NCBI GenBank assembly: GCA_964013405.1
Contig: CAXGWI010000011.1
Coordinates: 1 to 48,738 of the forward strand
Direction of reading: 5' to 3'
From: an uncultured Myxococcales bacterium
GTDB taxonomy: Bacteria > Myxococcota > UBA4151
Length of the DNA stretch: 48,738 nucleotides
The notes under the pieces were generated by a model. That model made no database searches, was not told the DNA's origin, and saw only the letters and a list, made by a program, of their open reading frames with translations. Each line of letters begins with the position of its first letter. The stretch's first letter is position 1. Below are positions 29,975 through 38,706 of this stretch, one piece after another. Made by a program: the position numbers and the translations under genes.

Positions 29975-30639
29975 GAACCCCACTTTGGTTGGTATTGCTT
30001 CTTTCTGCTTCCGCTTTTGCCCAGGAAAAAGGAGCAACTAAAGCGCCGGCCAAGGCAGCAGCCAAGGCCCCGGCCAAGGCCGGAGCGAAAGGCGCCAGTA
30101 AAACAGCCCCCGCCAAGGGGGACCCTTCCGGGGATCGCGTGCGCAAAAGCGAAAGAGCGCGGGTTCAGACCCGTTGCCCTCGGCGTCCGACTGAGGAGCA
30201 AATGAAGGTCTATGCGAATCTTTTTGATCGCAGCTTAGCGCTCAAACAGAAGGCAGCGAGACAAGATGCCGAGGGGCGTCGCCTGGAGGATTTACAGCGC
30301 CAAATCGCAGCTCAGCGAGAAGAATTACTAAAGCTTCAGCGCCAACTCGACGAAAAACTGACGGAGAGGGAACTGGCGGAAGCAAAGGTTCGAGCCCAGC
30401 GGCTGCGTAAGCTCGTGAAGATCTACGAGAAGATGCAAGCCGCCTCTGCTTCGCGAGCGATCCAGGGCATGGACCGGGAATTGGTTGTGGAGATGATGTT
30501 GCAGATGAAGCCAAAGGTGGCGGCCAACATGATGAACCTGCTGCCTGGACGGGTTGCCGCCCGACTCTCTGAGGAGATCAGTGACCGAAAGAAGGGGCTT
30601 ATCGAGAGCCTCTTAGAGCAAGTTGAGGACAATCGATGA
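29971..30639 (+). CDS. MotE/FlbB/YlxF-like periplasmic flagellar protein
   Basis: Signal peptide, Lys/Ala/Pro linker, coiled coil, then LVKIYEKMQAASAS...MKPKVAANMMNLL helical repeats typical of this family; position before fliK. Confidence 0.75.
   Translation: MRTPLWLVLLLSASAFAQEKGATKAPAKAAAKAPAKAGAKGASKTAPAKGDPSGDRVRKSERARVQTRCPRRPTEEQMKVYANLFDRSLALKQKAARQDAEGRRLEDLQRQIAAQREELLKLQRQLDEKLTERELAEAKVRAQRLRKLVKIYEKMQAASASRAIQGMDRELVVEMMLQMKPKVAANMMNLLPGRVAARLSEEISDRKKGLIESLLEQVEDNR
30041..30117 (+). repeat. Degenerate 12-bp in-frame tandem repeat (xxAK units)
   Basis: GCGCCGGCCAAG GCAGCAGCCAAG GCCCCGGCCAAG GCCGGAGCGAAA..., encoding APAK AAAK APAK AGAK. Confidence 0.6.
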
Positions 30640-31793
30640 CTGCAATTCTGCCCGTGGCCCAGGCCCCCCAACACCCGGTTGCCGAGCGAACTGTCGTTGC
30701 GCGGGACGCGGTGCGTGACAACGCAAAGAAGTTTGATGATGTGATGCGCCAGGAGTCCCAGGAGCAAAGCCAGGGCCCCGAGGAGGTCACTGCCCGGGAA
30801 TCCACCACGGAAACAGAAGAGGGAAGCGCTGTCGAAGAGCGCGCGGCGGAAGATCAGTCCGATGCCTCGCCAGATGGCGAATCCCAGGAGCAGGCAGGAG
30901 CGACAGCCGATGCTGAGGCTGCCGACTCAGAAGCCGTTAATGGTCTGGGGCTTCCAGGGCCAACCGCCGTTCAGCAGCCCGTCCTTAATCTCGGCGCTAC
31001 GGCCGCCCAGCCGGCCCTGCAGACCCTACCAAAGGCGGGCTTGTTAGCCCTCGCCAAAGAGGTCAAACCACTGACGCCAAGTCCTCAGGTTATCGCTCCA
31101 TCTGTGGCGGCTCCTGCCAGTCTCGTGATCGATGAACTTGCGGCGCCAACGGCTGCGCCACTGGCTCAGGTTCAAGCGGTTGAAGAGGTCCTTGAGCTGC
31201 CCGTGGCTTCGCCAGTCGCGGGCGCCAAAGCATCTGGGTCTGGATTGGAAGGGGCCTCGAAACAGACCGTATCGAAAGTGCTGGATGTGGCCGTGGGCAA
31301 AATTGCCCTGCCCAACTTCCAAGCCACGGTGGTTCACGAAACAATTCAGCCGGTTGATCCAACGCAGAGCGCCGACCGAGCCCGCATGGTCGAGGCCATT
31401 CTTCGGGTCGGTGGCGGCGAGTTACAACAACTCGCCGGCAAGGTTTTACAGTTGCGCTTAAATCCACCTGAACTGGGTCGTATTCAAATCCGCGCCCAAC
31501 AGCGAGGCGGCGAGCTGATCATGCAGTTGGAGGTCGAGCGAGCAGACGCCGTTCGTGTCTTCCAGGATATCTTGCCGGGCCTCGAGTTTAGCCTCGCTCA
31601 GGCCAGTGGCGAAAATGTCACACTCGAATTACGCCAGACCGATGATTTTAGTTCGATGGAAGAGGGGGTGAGTGAGGGGCCCATGGAGGAGTCGCGAGAC
31701 GACTCGACGCCGTCGGATGATGGGGATGAGGGGGAAGAGGACAGCCCCTTCGAAGTTTTACGAGACGGCTCGACCGTTGAAGTGACTGCTTAG
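30636..31793 (+). CDS. fliK: Flagellar hook-length control protein FliK
   Basis: Low-complexity Ala/Pro/Glu-rich N-terminus; C-domain LRLNPPELGRIQI; directly upstream of flgD. Confidence 0.87.
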   Translation: MTAILPVAQAPQHPVAERTVVARDAVRDNAKKFDDVMRQESQEQSQGPEEVTARESTTETEEGSAVEERAAEDQSDASPDGESQEQAGATADAEAADSEAVNGLGLPGPTAVQQPVLNLGATAAQPALQTLPKAGLLALAKEVKPLTPSPQVIAPSVAAPASLVIDELAAPTAAPLAQVQAVEEVLELPVASPVAGAKASGSGLEGASKQTVSKVLDVAVGKIALPNFQATVVHETIQPVDPTQSADRARMVEAILRVGGGELQQLAGKVLQLRLNPPELGRIQIRAQQRGGELIMQLEVERADAVRVFQDILPGLEFSLAQASGENVTLELRQTDDFSSMEEGVSEGPMEESRDDSTPSDDGDEGEEDSPFEVLRDGSTVEVTA

Positions 31794-31810
31794 GTCAGGA
31801 GGAGAACCCC

Positions 31811-32467
31811 ATGGAGATCAACGGTCTGCCCGAGAACTTGCGAGTTCAATCAAGTCAAGATCCCGTGGCTTCCAAGGACCTTGATAAAGATGCCTTTTTG
31901 AAGCTCCTCGTTGCCCAGTTACAGAATCAGAACCCGTTAGAGCCGATGGAGAACACCGAGTTCATTGGTCAGATGGCCCAGTTCTCTAGCCTCGAGCAGC
32001 AGGTTCAAACCAATGCCAACCTTTCTGAACTAGCCCTCGCCACATCGGCCCAAATCGGGTCTCAGGCAGTGAATCTTGTGGGCAAGCAGGTGATGGTCCA
32101 AGGGGATACGATCGAGTTGGTCGGATCGGAAGCTGATGTGCACCTCGACCTTTCAGCCTCCATCGCCACCGGTCAGGTCGAGGTGGTCAACGAAGCGGGT
32201 GATGTGGTTCGCCGGATTCGTCTTGGCGCCCAGCCAGAAGGGCCTCTGACAGTCACTTGGGATGGTCGCGATGAGGAGGGCCAGGCCTTACCCCCTGGCA
32301 CTTATCGGATCCGGGCCGAAGGCTTGGATGATCAAGGCCGTACCGTCGCGATCAGCGCCCAGATGCTTGCTCGTGTGGATGCCGTTGTCTTTGAGAGCGG
32401 CATTCCTCGCCTCCGGGTTGGTGGGCGAATTGTGAACCTGGGCGATGTTCGCGAGGTTCGACCCTAA
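31811..32467 (+). CDS. flgD: Flagellar hook capping protein FlgD
   Basis: LDKDAFLKLLVAQLQNQNPLEPMENTEFIGQMAQFSSLEQ; WDGRDEEGQALPPGTY. Confidence 0.97.
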   Translation: MEINGLPENLRVQSSQDPVASKDLDKDAFLKLLVAQLQNQNPLEPMENTEFIGQMAQFSSLEQQVQTNANLSELALATSAQIGSQAVNLVGKQVMVQGDTIELVGSEADVHLDLSASIATGQVEVVNEAGDVVRRIRLGAQPEGPLTVTWDGRDEEGQALPPGTYRIRAEGLDDQGRTVAISAQMLARVDAVVFESGIPRLRVGGRIVNLGDVREVRP

Positions 32468-32560
32468 AGGGTCTTCTCCTTTTCAGTGCAGCGTGTAGCC
32501 CCGGGTCCTATTTTTGGATGCCGCAGGCGAAAATAAGGGTCCTGCCCTCGGTTTTTGGCC

Positions 32561-32588
32561 TAAACCACCCCGTCGGTCGCGTCGATTT
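32561..32588 (+). promoter_or_regulatory. Candidate sigma28-type promoter
   Basis: TAAA (32561-64), 16-nt spacer, GTCGATTT (32581-88), compared with TAAA-N15/16-GCCGATAA; in the only large gap of the operon. Confidence 0.4.
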
Positions 32589-32622
32589 ACTGAGGGACGC
32601 ATTTCGCGCCAAAGGGGTCTAT

Positions 32623-33012
32623 GTGGCTCTCGACTTGGATCCACGGTTTCAGATCCCCCGCCCCTATGAGCGGGTCGAGCCCAGTCAAAAGGCCCTCCCC
32701 CAAGGTGGAGTCGTTGAGACCTTCGCTGAGGTCTTTGCGAAAACGGTTCACCAGCGGGGCGATTTGCGAGTGAGCGCCCAGGCCCACGAGCAGGCAGCTC
32801 TGGCTGAGCTGGAGTTGAGTACGGAGAAGCGTCGCAGCATCAACGAGGCGATCGATCGTCTTCAGGATGCCGGTAAGGCCACCGCGCTGCTCATCGACTC
32901 CGATCATTTACTTCAAGTGGACGCCGAGCAGCGATTGCTCCTCGATGTCCAGCGTACAAGTGCCCCTAAACAGCAGGTCCTCGAAGGCCTGGATGCAGTG
33001 GTTGTCCTCTAA
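32623..33012 (+). CDS. Small flagellar operon protein (TIGR02530-like, divergent)
   Basis: GTG 32623 after AAAGGGG RBS; LRVSAQA...SINEAIDRL...QVLEGLDAVVVL resembles the family usually found between flgD and flgE. Confidence 0.6.
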   Translation: MALDLDPRFQIPRPYERVEPSQKALPQGGVVETFAEVFAKTVHQRGDLRVSAQAHEQAALAELELSTEKRRSINEAIDRLQDAGKATALLIDSDHLLQVDAEQRLLLDVQRTSAPKQQVLEGLDAVVVL

Positions 33013-33021
33013 GGAGTTAGC

Positions 33022-34314
33022 ATGTCCCTTTTCGGAACTCTTGGCATCGGCGTGACCGCCATTAATGCGAATGGTGCGGCCATTCAGGTCTCCTCGGAGA
33101 ATATCTCCAACGTGAACACGGTGGGCTTTAAGAGAAGTCGGGTGAGTTTTGGTGATATCATCGCTGATACTTCGGATACCCACGGCATCCTCGCCGCCAT
33201 CGGTTTTGGTACGAAGTTGGTCGATATTCAGCGAATGCATAGCCAGGGCGCCCTGATGAATACGAGCTTTCCTTTGGACATGGCCATCGCTGGTGAGGGC
33301 TTCTTTGTCCTCAATGGAGCGCAGGTGGGGAGGCCGGGACAAACCTTGTTCTCTCGTGCGGGGCAATTCCGGGTCGACAAGGATGGTTTCGTGGTCAATC
33401 CCAGCGGTGCCCGTCTGCAAGGACAGCCTGTTGGGGACAATGACGAGCTCCTCTCGACCACCCAAGACTTGGCAGTCCAGAGAACCAATATCGCTCCGCG
33501 CCAGACTTCGGAGATCTCCTTCGCCCTGAACCTGGATGCTCGCACGCCAGTCCGAGGTGGGCTGGGTGGACCCTTGCCCTTCGATGTGAACGATCCGGAT
33601 GCGACCAGCGACTATGCCACCACGGTCACCGTCTTTGACAGCCTCGGCAAGCCCTACGATGCCCGTCTCTACTTTGAGCGTACCAGCAATACGACTTGGG
33701 ACGCCCATATCCTTATCGATGGTGTCGAGGTCCAAACCCAACAATTCACCTTTCAGCAAAATGGTGCCTTGGTCTCCAATGTGACAACCCAGGCCGGTAA
33801 CTGGAACCCCACACCGCCGGCGACCCAAGGGGTTGGCTTCACCTTTGATGCGGGTACTGTCTTCGACCCGGTAACTGGAACCGGCGGTCTCGATGGAATC
33901 ACCTCTTTTGGTTCGTCATCCACCATCGTGACGCAGAGTCAGGATGGTTACGCTTCAGGGGCATTGGTTTCCATCGATTTGGCCCGGGACGGAATCATGC
34001 GTGGTAATTACACCAACGGGAAATCTCTGGTCTTAGGCCAGGTGACCCTGGCCCAATTCCGAAACCCAGAAGGGATGAACCGAATCGGTGAAAACCTCTT
34101 TGAGGGAAGTATCGAATCGGGAGAGGCTGCGATTGCTGCCCCTCTGACCGGTGCACGCGGTTCCGTTATTCAGGGGTCTCTCGAGGCGAGTAACGTGGAC
34201 CTCGCCCAGGAGTTCGTTGATCTCATTCAGTACCAGCGGGCATTCCAGGCCGGCTCTCGCACGGTCACGACGGGCGATGAACTGCTCCGGGAAGTGGTGA
34301 ACCTCAAGCGTTAA
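33022..34314 (+). CDS. flgE: Flagellar hook protein FlgE
   Basis: ENISNVNTVGFKRSR, LDMAIAGEGFF, FSRAGQF, VFDSLG, QDGYASG, LEASNVDLAQEFVDLIQYQRAFQA, terminal NLKR. Confidence 0.97.
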   Translation: MSLFGTLGIGVTAINANGAAIQVSSENISNVNTVGFKRSRVSFGDIIADTSDTHGILAAIGFGTKLVDIQRMHSQGALMNTSFPLDMAIAGEGFFVLNGAQVGRPGQTLFSRAGQFRVDKDGFVVNPSGARLQGQPVGDNDELLSTTQDLAVQRTNIAPRQTSEISFALNLDARTPVRGGLGGPLPFDVNDPDATSDYATTVTVFDSLGKPYDARLYFERTSNTTWDAHILIDGVEVQTQQFTFQQNGALVSNVTTQAGNWNPTPPATQGVGFTFDAGTVFDPVTGTGGLDGITSFGSSSTIVTQSQDGYASGALVSIDLARDGIMRGNYTNGKSLVLGQVTLAQFRNPEGMNRIGENLFEGSIESGEAAIAAPLTGARGSVIQGSLEASNVDLAQEFVDLIQYQRAFQAGSRTVTTGDELLREVVNLKR

Positions 34315-34325
34315 GGCTGAAGTTC

Positions 34326-35219
34326 CTAAGCTGAGTTGAGTGCGGTGCGCAGTGCTTGTCGTAGTGAGCCGGCGTCGGCCTGAGACCTGCCGGCGAGATG
34401 GTAGGCTGTGCCATGATCTGGCGAGACCCGAAGATAGGGCATCCCGAGGCTGATCTGACAACTCTGGCCGTGGAAAAGGGCTTTGAAGGGACCGAGCCCC
34501 TGGTCATGGTAGAGGGCGAGGATGGCCTCCTTTGGGTCCCAATGGGCGAAGAGGCTGTCGGCCGCGACAAAGCCCCGGCAGGGGACCCCTTGGGTCCGCA
34601 GTGAATCCAAGGCGACAGAGAGTTGCAGTTCCTCCTTGCCCATCAAGCCATCTTCCCCCGCGTGGGGGTTGAGGCCACAGACGACCAAGGGCTTCCCGCT
34701 GGCTGCATGGAGTTGAAGGCCAGCTTGGACCATGTGTTCAGGGCTGAGTTGGGAGGGGACGAGGCCGAGGGGGATGTGGTCCGTCACCAATGCCAACCAG
34801 TGGGAACCACTCCGAAAAGCCATGGTGATCATACGATTTGGGTAGATAGACCTAAAATAGTCAGTATGTCCCATAAAATTCATTCCTGATTTTACTAATT
34901 GGGATTTATTGACCGGTAATGTCACTAAAATGGATTTTGGGTTTGATGCCATGAGTTCCATGGCATCAAGGAGACCATCTCGCTGGATTTGGGCGCCTAG
35001 GGCACAGGGCAGGCCGGGCTTGGGGAGGGGGGAATGAACTTCTCGACCGCAGAATTGAAGCCCCTCTTGCTCTTTCAGGCCGAGATGTCGCCAAAGCGAG
35101 GGTGGACCGGTCAGTTGGAACTGCCCGCGGGCCAGCCAATCCAACTCCGATGTGAACAGGTGGGCGAGGAGTTCGGGCCCGATGCCGCTCGGGTCACCAA
35201 CAGAGACGACAATGCTCAT
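34326..35219 (-). CDS. pdxA: 4-hydroxythreonine-4-phosphate dehydrogenase (compact)
   Basis: Start moved to ATG 35219 (overlaps upstream stop). GDPSGIGPE, GHTDY, LVTDHIPL, GLNPHAGE, YHDQGL, RVSPDHGTAY. Confidence 0.92.
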   Translation of the reverse strand: MSIVVSVGDPSGIGPELLAHLFTSELDWLARGQFQLTGPPSLWRHLGLKEQEGLQFCGREVHSPLPKPGLPCALGAQIQRDGLLDAMELMASNPKSILVTLPVNKSQLVKSGMNFMGHTDYFRSIYPNRMITMAFRSGSHWLALVTDHIPLGLVPSQLSPEHMVQAGLQLHAASGKPLVVCGLNPHAGEDGLMGKEELQLSVALDSLRTQGVPCRGFVAADSLFAHWDPKEAILALYHDQGLGPFKALFHGQSCQISLGMPYLRVSPDHGTAYHLAGRSQADAGSLRQALRTALNSA

Positions 35220-36106
35220 GGAATTCGGCGGACGAGAGCCTTTTCTCGGGCGGTCTCGATCAGCTTTTCGAGGGCAACCTCCGCCTTTTTTCGGCGAATG
35301 TGTTCGCTGACCGCTTGCCGTAAGGCCTTGTCCACCGATCGCATCCGAACGCTGCTCACCCAAATCAAATGCCAGCCAAAGCGACTGCGAATGGGGCCAA
35401 GGACCCGCCCTTCTGGGGCATTGAATGCGGCTTTTTCGAAGGCTGGCACCATTTGTCCGCGCCGAATCCAGCCCAAGTCGCCACCAGCGCCGGCGCTACC
35501 ATCTTCGCTGTTGGTTTTTGCTGCTGCGACGAATTGGCCCTCTGTCTGCAGTTGGGGTGCCAGTTCACTCAGCCGAGCTTGGGCGTCTTGCGCCTCCCAG
35601 TCAGCGGCCTGCTCGTCGATGCGCAGCAAAAGGTGGCGAACACGCCGCTCTTCACGGTGGTGACGGGCTTTGAGACTGAGCTCCGCATCGATCTCCCGAT
35701 CGGTGACCATGCCGCTTTGTCGCATCATGCTCCCCACGAGGCGCTGCTGCAGAAGCTGGCGGCGTAAGGACTGGAGGTATTCGGCCCAGGTCTGGCCAGC
35801 ATCCGCAATCGCTGCTTTTAGGCGGTCCCGGTCCGGGATGCCATTCCGGCTTTGGATGCCATCAAGGGCCCGCTCGAGCTCCTGGTCGCTGATGGTGAGC
35901 GATCGGGAGCGGGCTTCGGCGCTTAAAAGACGGTCTCGGATGAGGCGTTCAAAGGCATCCTTTTCGCTCAGGCCTTGAGCTTGGGCCGGAAGCAGATCAC
36001 TGGCGAGGATCGCTTCGCCATCCACCACGGCGATAACGCCATCGAGCTTTTGCAGCTCGCTAGGGGCTCCTAGGACGAGGAGCGAAAGGATCGGCAGTAC
36101 GTTCAT
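35216..36106 (-). CDS. surA: SurA-like chaperone with one parvulin domain
   Basis: ATG 36106 gives a signal-like N-terminus; LDGVIAVVDGEAILASDL, VRHLLL, GGDLGW, PAFEKAAF, PIRSRFGWHLI; upstream of pdxA. Confidence 0.82.
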   Translation of the reverse strand: MNVLPILSLLVLGAPSELQKLDGVIAVVDGEAILASDLLPAQAQGLSEKDAFERLIRDRLLSAEARSRSLTISDQELERALDGIQSRNGIPDRDRLKAAIADAGQTWAEYLQSLRRQLLQQRLVGSMMRQSGMVTDREIDAELSLKARHHREERRVRHLLLRIDEQAADWEAQDAQARLSELAPQLQTEGQFVAAAKTNSEDGSAGAGGDLGWIRRGQMVPAFEKAAFNAPEGRVLGPIRSRFGWHLIWVSSVRMRSVDKALRQAVSEHIRRKKAEVALEKLIETAREKALVRRIP

Positions 36107-37035
36107 GGTGACGCTTCGTGGGATGTTTTTAGGAACTTGACCAGTCGATTCAACGCGCCTTGGTCGATTTGAATCTCTGCTTTGTCGCGCAGGCGCTTGA
36201 TGAGTTGCTGACTTGCGGTCTCGCTTCGCTGGCGAATGAGTTGGGTCACCGCAAGCTCGCGGGAATGAGCCTCTGGCGCGACACGGCGTTCGAGTCGTAG
36301 CAAATGCCAACCGTGCTCACTGGGCAAGGGCTCGCTCACCTCACCGAGTTTCAGGTCAAATGCGGCGTCGAAGACACTGGGCATTTGCTGGCGGCCATAG
36401 GGGGGAAGTAGCCCCCCTCGGCGGGCCTCCGGCCCTTCACCGTAGAGCATGGCGATCTCTGTGAAGGGCTTGCCGCCTTCAAGCCGCTTCTTGGCCTCTT
36501 CGGCTCGACCTTTATCCCGCACGACCAAGTGGCGAATCTGGACGCGTTCAGGCTGGGGGTTGGCATCGATCCAAGCTTTGATTTCCGGCTCAGGGATCGC
36601 CTCCTCACCGGCTTCGATACGCACCAGTTCATCGGCTGCATGTCGCAATTGCAGGCGCGCTTGAAACCGCTGCTCGGAGAGGCCCAGTTGGTCGAGGCGA
36701 CGACGGAGTTCCGCGGCTGGCCAGCCCCTGGTCTGTCGGGCTCCTGCCCGTGGCATGGCTGGGCGCAGTTCCCGCCGGGCGGCCTCTTCAGCCAGCAAGC
36801 GGAGGTCGATCTCCTGCTGGAGTAAGCGTTTGGCCGGGCCCGCCCAATCCGCTTCAGGGGCCCGTAAAATCCCACCATATTGGCGCAGCAATTGGAGGGC
36901 CAGTTCGTCGGCCAGCAAGGGACTGCCGTCGATATGGGCGACCGGCGATCTTAAGACGAGTTTCGCGTCTTCTTGGGGGTCGTCGCTGCAGGCGAGCAGG
37001 CCAAGGGCCATGCTCAGGACAGCGATGAACCTCAA
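36103..37035 (-). CDS. Parvulin-type PPIase lipoprotein
   Basis: Lipobox LLAC; VQIRHLVV, GGLLPPY, VFDAAFDLKLGEVSEPLPSEHGWHLL. Confidence 0.85.
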   Translation of the reverse strand: MRFIAVLSMALGLLACSDDPQEDAKLVLRSPVAHIDGSPLLADELALQLLRQYGGILRAPEADWAGPAKRLLQQEIDLRLLAEEAARRELRPAMPRAGARQTRGWPAAELRRRLDQLGLSEQRFQARLQLRHAADELVRIEAGEEAIPEPEIKAWIDANPQPERVQIRHLVVRDKGRAEEAKKRLEGGKPFTEIAMLYGEGPEARRGGLLPPYGRQQMPSVFDAAFDLKLGEVSEPLPSEHGWHLLRLERRVAPEAHSRELAVTQLIRQRSETASQQLIKRLRDKAEIQIDQGALNRLVKFLKTSHEASP

Positions 37036-38105
37036 TGGTCGTGGTGGTTTTGTGTCGAGCTTTTACCCGCGGGCTTCGGCACTGGCATGGCCTTCAGGCC
37101 TTGGGGGACTTGACTGTTCGGTGCCCCGGCTGGCGCCTTAACCGCTTTCTTGGGCGCAGGCTTCGCAACCTTCACCTCGGCAAAAGCCTCTTTGTTCACA
37201 CTGACCGCGTATTTGGTCTTCAGCTCTTCGAAGTAGCTCTCTCGTGCTTTCCGGCGGCGATCCCGGAAGATGCGGTGCCGGATCCGTTCTTTGACCGTAT
37301 CAAAGCTCTGATGCAGGGCCTGGCGGCGACCGGTGAGGCGGAAGATGTGAAAGCCGTCTCGGCCCTCAACCACCGGCGTCATCGCCTTGAGCTTAGGAAG
37401 GTTCCAGATGGATTTTGCGATCCCGTCACCGTAGCGCTCCCGCAGCCGGGTTTCGGTGAGATACATGAGATCACCGCCCCGGGACTTCGTCGCTTCGTCG
37501 TCGCTATACTTCTGCGCCGCATCACGGAAGGCGCCACGCTCCTTACGCTTGGCTGCCGCGGCCAATTCTTCATGGGCCTTCTCCGCTTCGGCTTTCGCCG
37601 CGGCCTTGTCGTTGTTGGCCTGGAAGTAAATGTGGCTCACCCGAACCGCTTCATCCTTATTGTAGTAGCTCTGGTGTTCATCGTAGTAGGTTTTCGCCTC
37701 TTCGTCGGTCACCTCGGCCACGTTTACCCGCTCAGTCATGACCTCTCGGGAAAGCTCCTGAGCCAGCGTCGAAAGCACCGTGTCGAGTACCCGGGGCTTA
37801 TCGAGCACCCCGCGCTCGATGGCTTCCATGGCGAAGAGTTGTCGTTCAATCATCCGATCCACATACTGTTCAAGACGCTCACGGGTCTCATAACGCTGCC
37901 GGACAAAGGGGGGCTGGTCATTGATGCGCCGCTCCACATCGGCCACGGAGATGCTGTGCTTGCCGATGCTGACGATGGCGCTTCCCTCACCGGAGCCGGT
38001 CGGAAGCAGGCTGGGGCACTGCTGGGGTTCCGCAGGGGGCGGGGTAGCAGGTTGACTGCAGGCGAGAAGCCCGAGGCAGCAAGAGGCGATGGTGTAGCGC
38101 AGCAT
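37032..38105 (-). CDS. Parvulin-type PPIase lipoprotein (PrsA/PpiC-like)
   Basis: Start moved to ATG 38105 (GGAGAG RBS; MLRYTIASCCLGLLAC lipobox); VRVSHIYF, YSDDEATKSRGGDL, GFHIF; HHDH tail. Confidence 0.87.
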   Translation of the reverse strand: MLRYTIASCCLGLLACSQPATPPPAEPQQCPSLLPTGSGEGSAIVSIGKHSISVADVERRINDQPPFVRQRYETRERLEQYVDRMIERQLFAMEAIERGVLDKPRVLDTVLSTLAQELSREVMTERVNVAEVTDEEAKTYYDEHQSYYNKDEAVRVSHIYFQANNDKAAAKAEAEKAHEELAAAAKRKERGAFRDAAQKYSDDEATKSRGGDLMYLTETRLRERYGDGIAKSIWNLPKLKAMTPVVEGRDGFHIFRLTGRRQALHQSFDTVKERIRHRIFRDRRRKARESYFEELKTKYAVSVNKEAFAEVKVAKPAPKKAVKAPAGAPNSQVPQGLKAMPVPKPAGKSSTQNHHDH

Positions 38106-38190
38106 ATTCTCTCCAAAGAGCATTTCGGCGGCGCCTCGGTAGCAATGGCGCGTCCTGAAAACAAGGCAGCTTTTTATCGACGCTCGCTCA

Positions 38191-38706
38191 TCAACTGCGG
38201 AGGTCTCTCCAAGCTTCCATCGTGTTGAACTGGACCAGGTGGTCGGCCGGGCACTCCGCAGGCTGTAGGTAGACTGCATTTTGCTGCCCAAGCTGCGCCT
38301 TGAGGCTTCTTCCTGCACGGAGCGAAAGGGGGAGATCCAGGAGGCAAGGCAAGGTGGCGGGCGCAGCACCGAGGATGGCGGGCCCAGACGCTGCCGCGAT
38401 GAACGCTTGGAGGTCCCCATGCTCAAGTTTCGGCATATCGACGGCCATCACCAGGTGGAGCCCGGTCGTCTTCAACTGCGTAAGCGCAGCCACGGGTCCT
38501 TCTTGTCCATCGCTGATGACTCGAGCCTCTGGCAGCAATGCGCGGATGGTTGGCGCCAGATCACCGGCGAGAATGATGGGCTCTGAGTCAAGTGATTGCA
38601 GCAAATGGTAGCGATCGACGACCAGGGGCACCCCTTCTTTGAGGACCAGGGCCTTTGGGCTGCCAAAGCGCCGGCTTTGACCTCCGGCGAGGAGGATCGT
38701 CTTCAT
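38191..38706 (-). CDS. mobA: Molybdenum cofactor guanylyltransferase (short form)
   Basis: ATG 38706 overlaps moeA stop; LLAGGQSRRFGSPKA, GPVAAL, MAVDMP, FNT. Confidence 0.8.
   Translation of the reverse strand: MKTILLAGGQSRRFGSPKALVLKEGVPLVVDRYHLLQSLDSEPIILAGDLAPTIRALLPEARVISDGQEGPVAALTQLKTTGLHLVMAVDMPKLEHGDLQAFIAAASGPAILGAAPATLPCLLDLPLSLRAGRSLKAQLGQQNAVYLQPAECPADHLVQFNTMEAWRDLRS

Noticed and set aside
24112..34314. Non-flagellar type III secretion system or mobile island
   Set aside because: Rod, hook, hook-cap and FliG torque motifs identify a flagellum; no flanking repeats, mobility genes or evident composition shift.
34866..34893. Possible dif site (ATGTCCCATAA-N6-TTCCTGATTTT)
   Set aside because: Left arm is XerC-like, but the right arm lacks the TTATG XerD core and the site is intragenic.
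34831..34950. AT-rich patch as replication origin or sigma70 promoter
   Set aside because: No DnaA boxes seen nearby; TTGACC (34909) and TAAAAT (34926) are only 11 nt apart.
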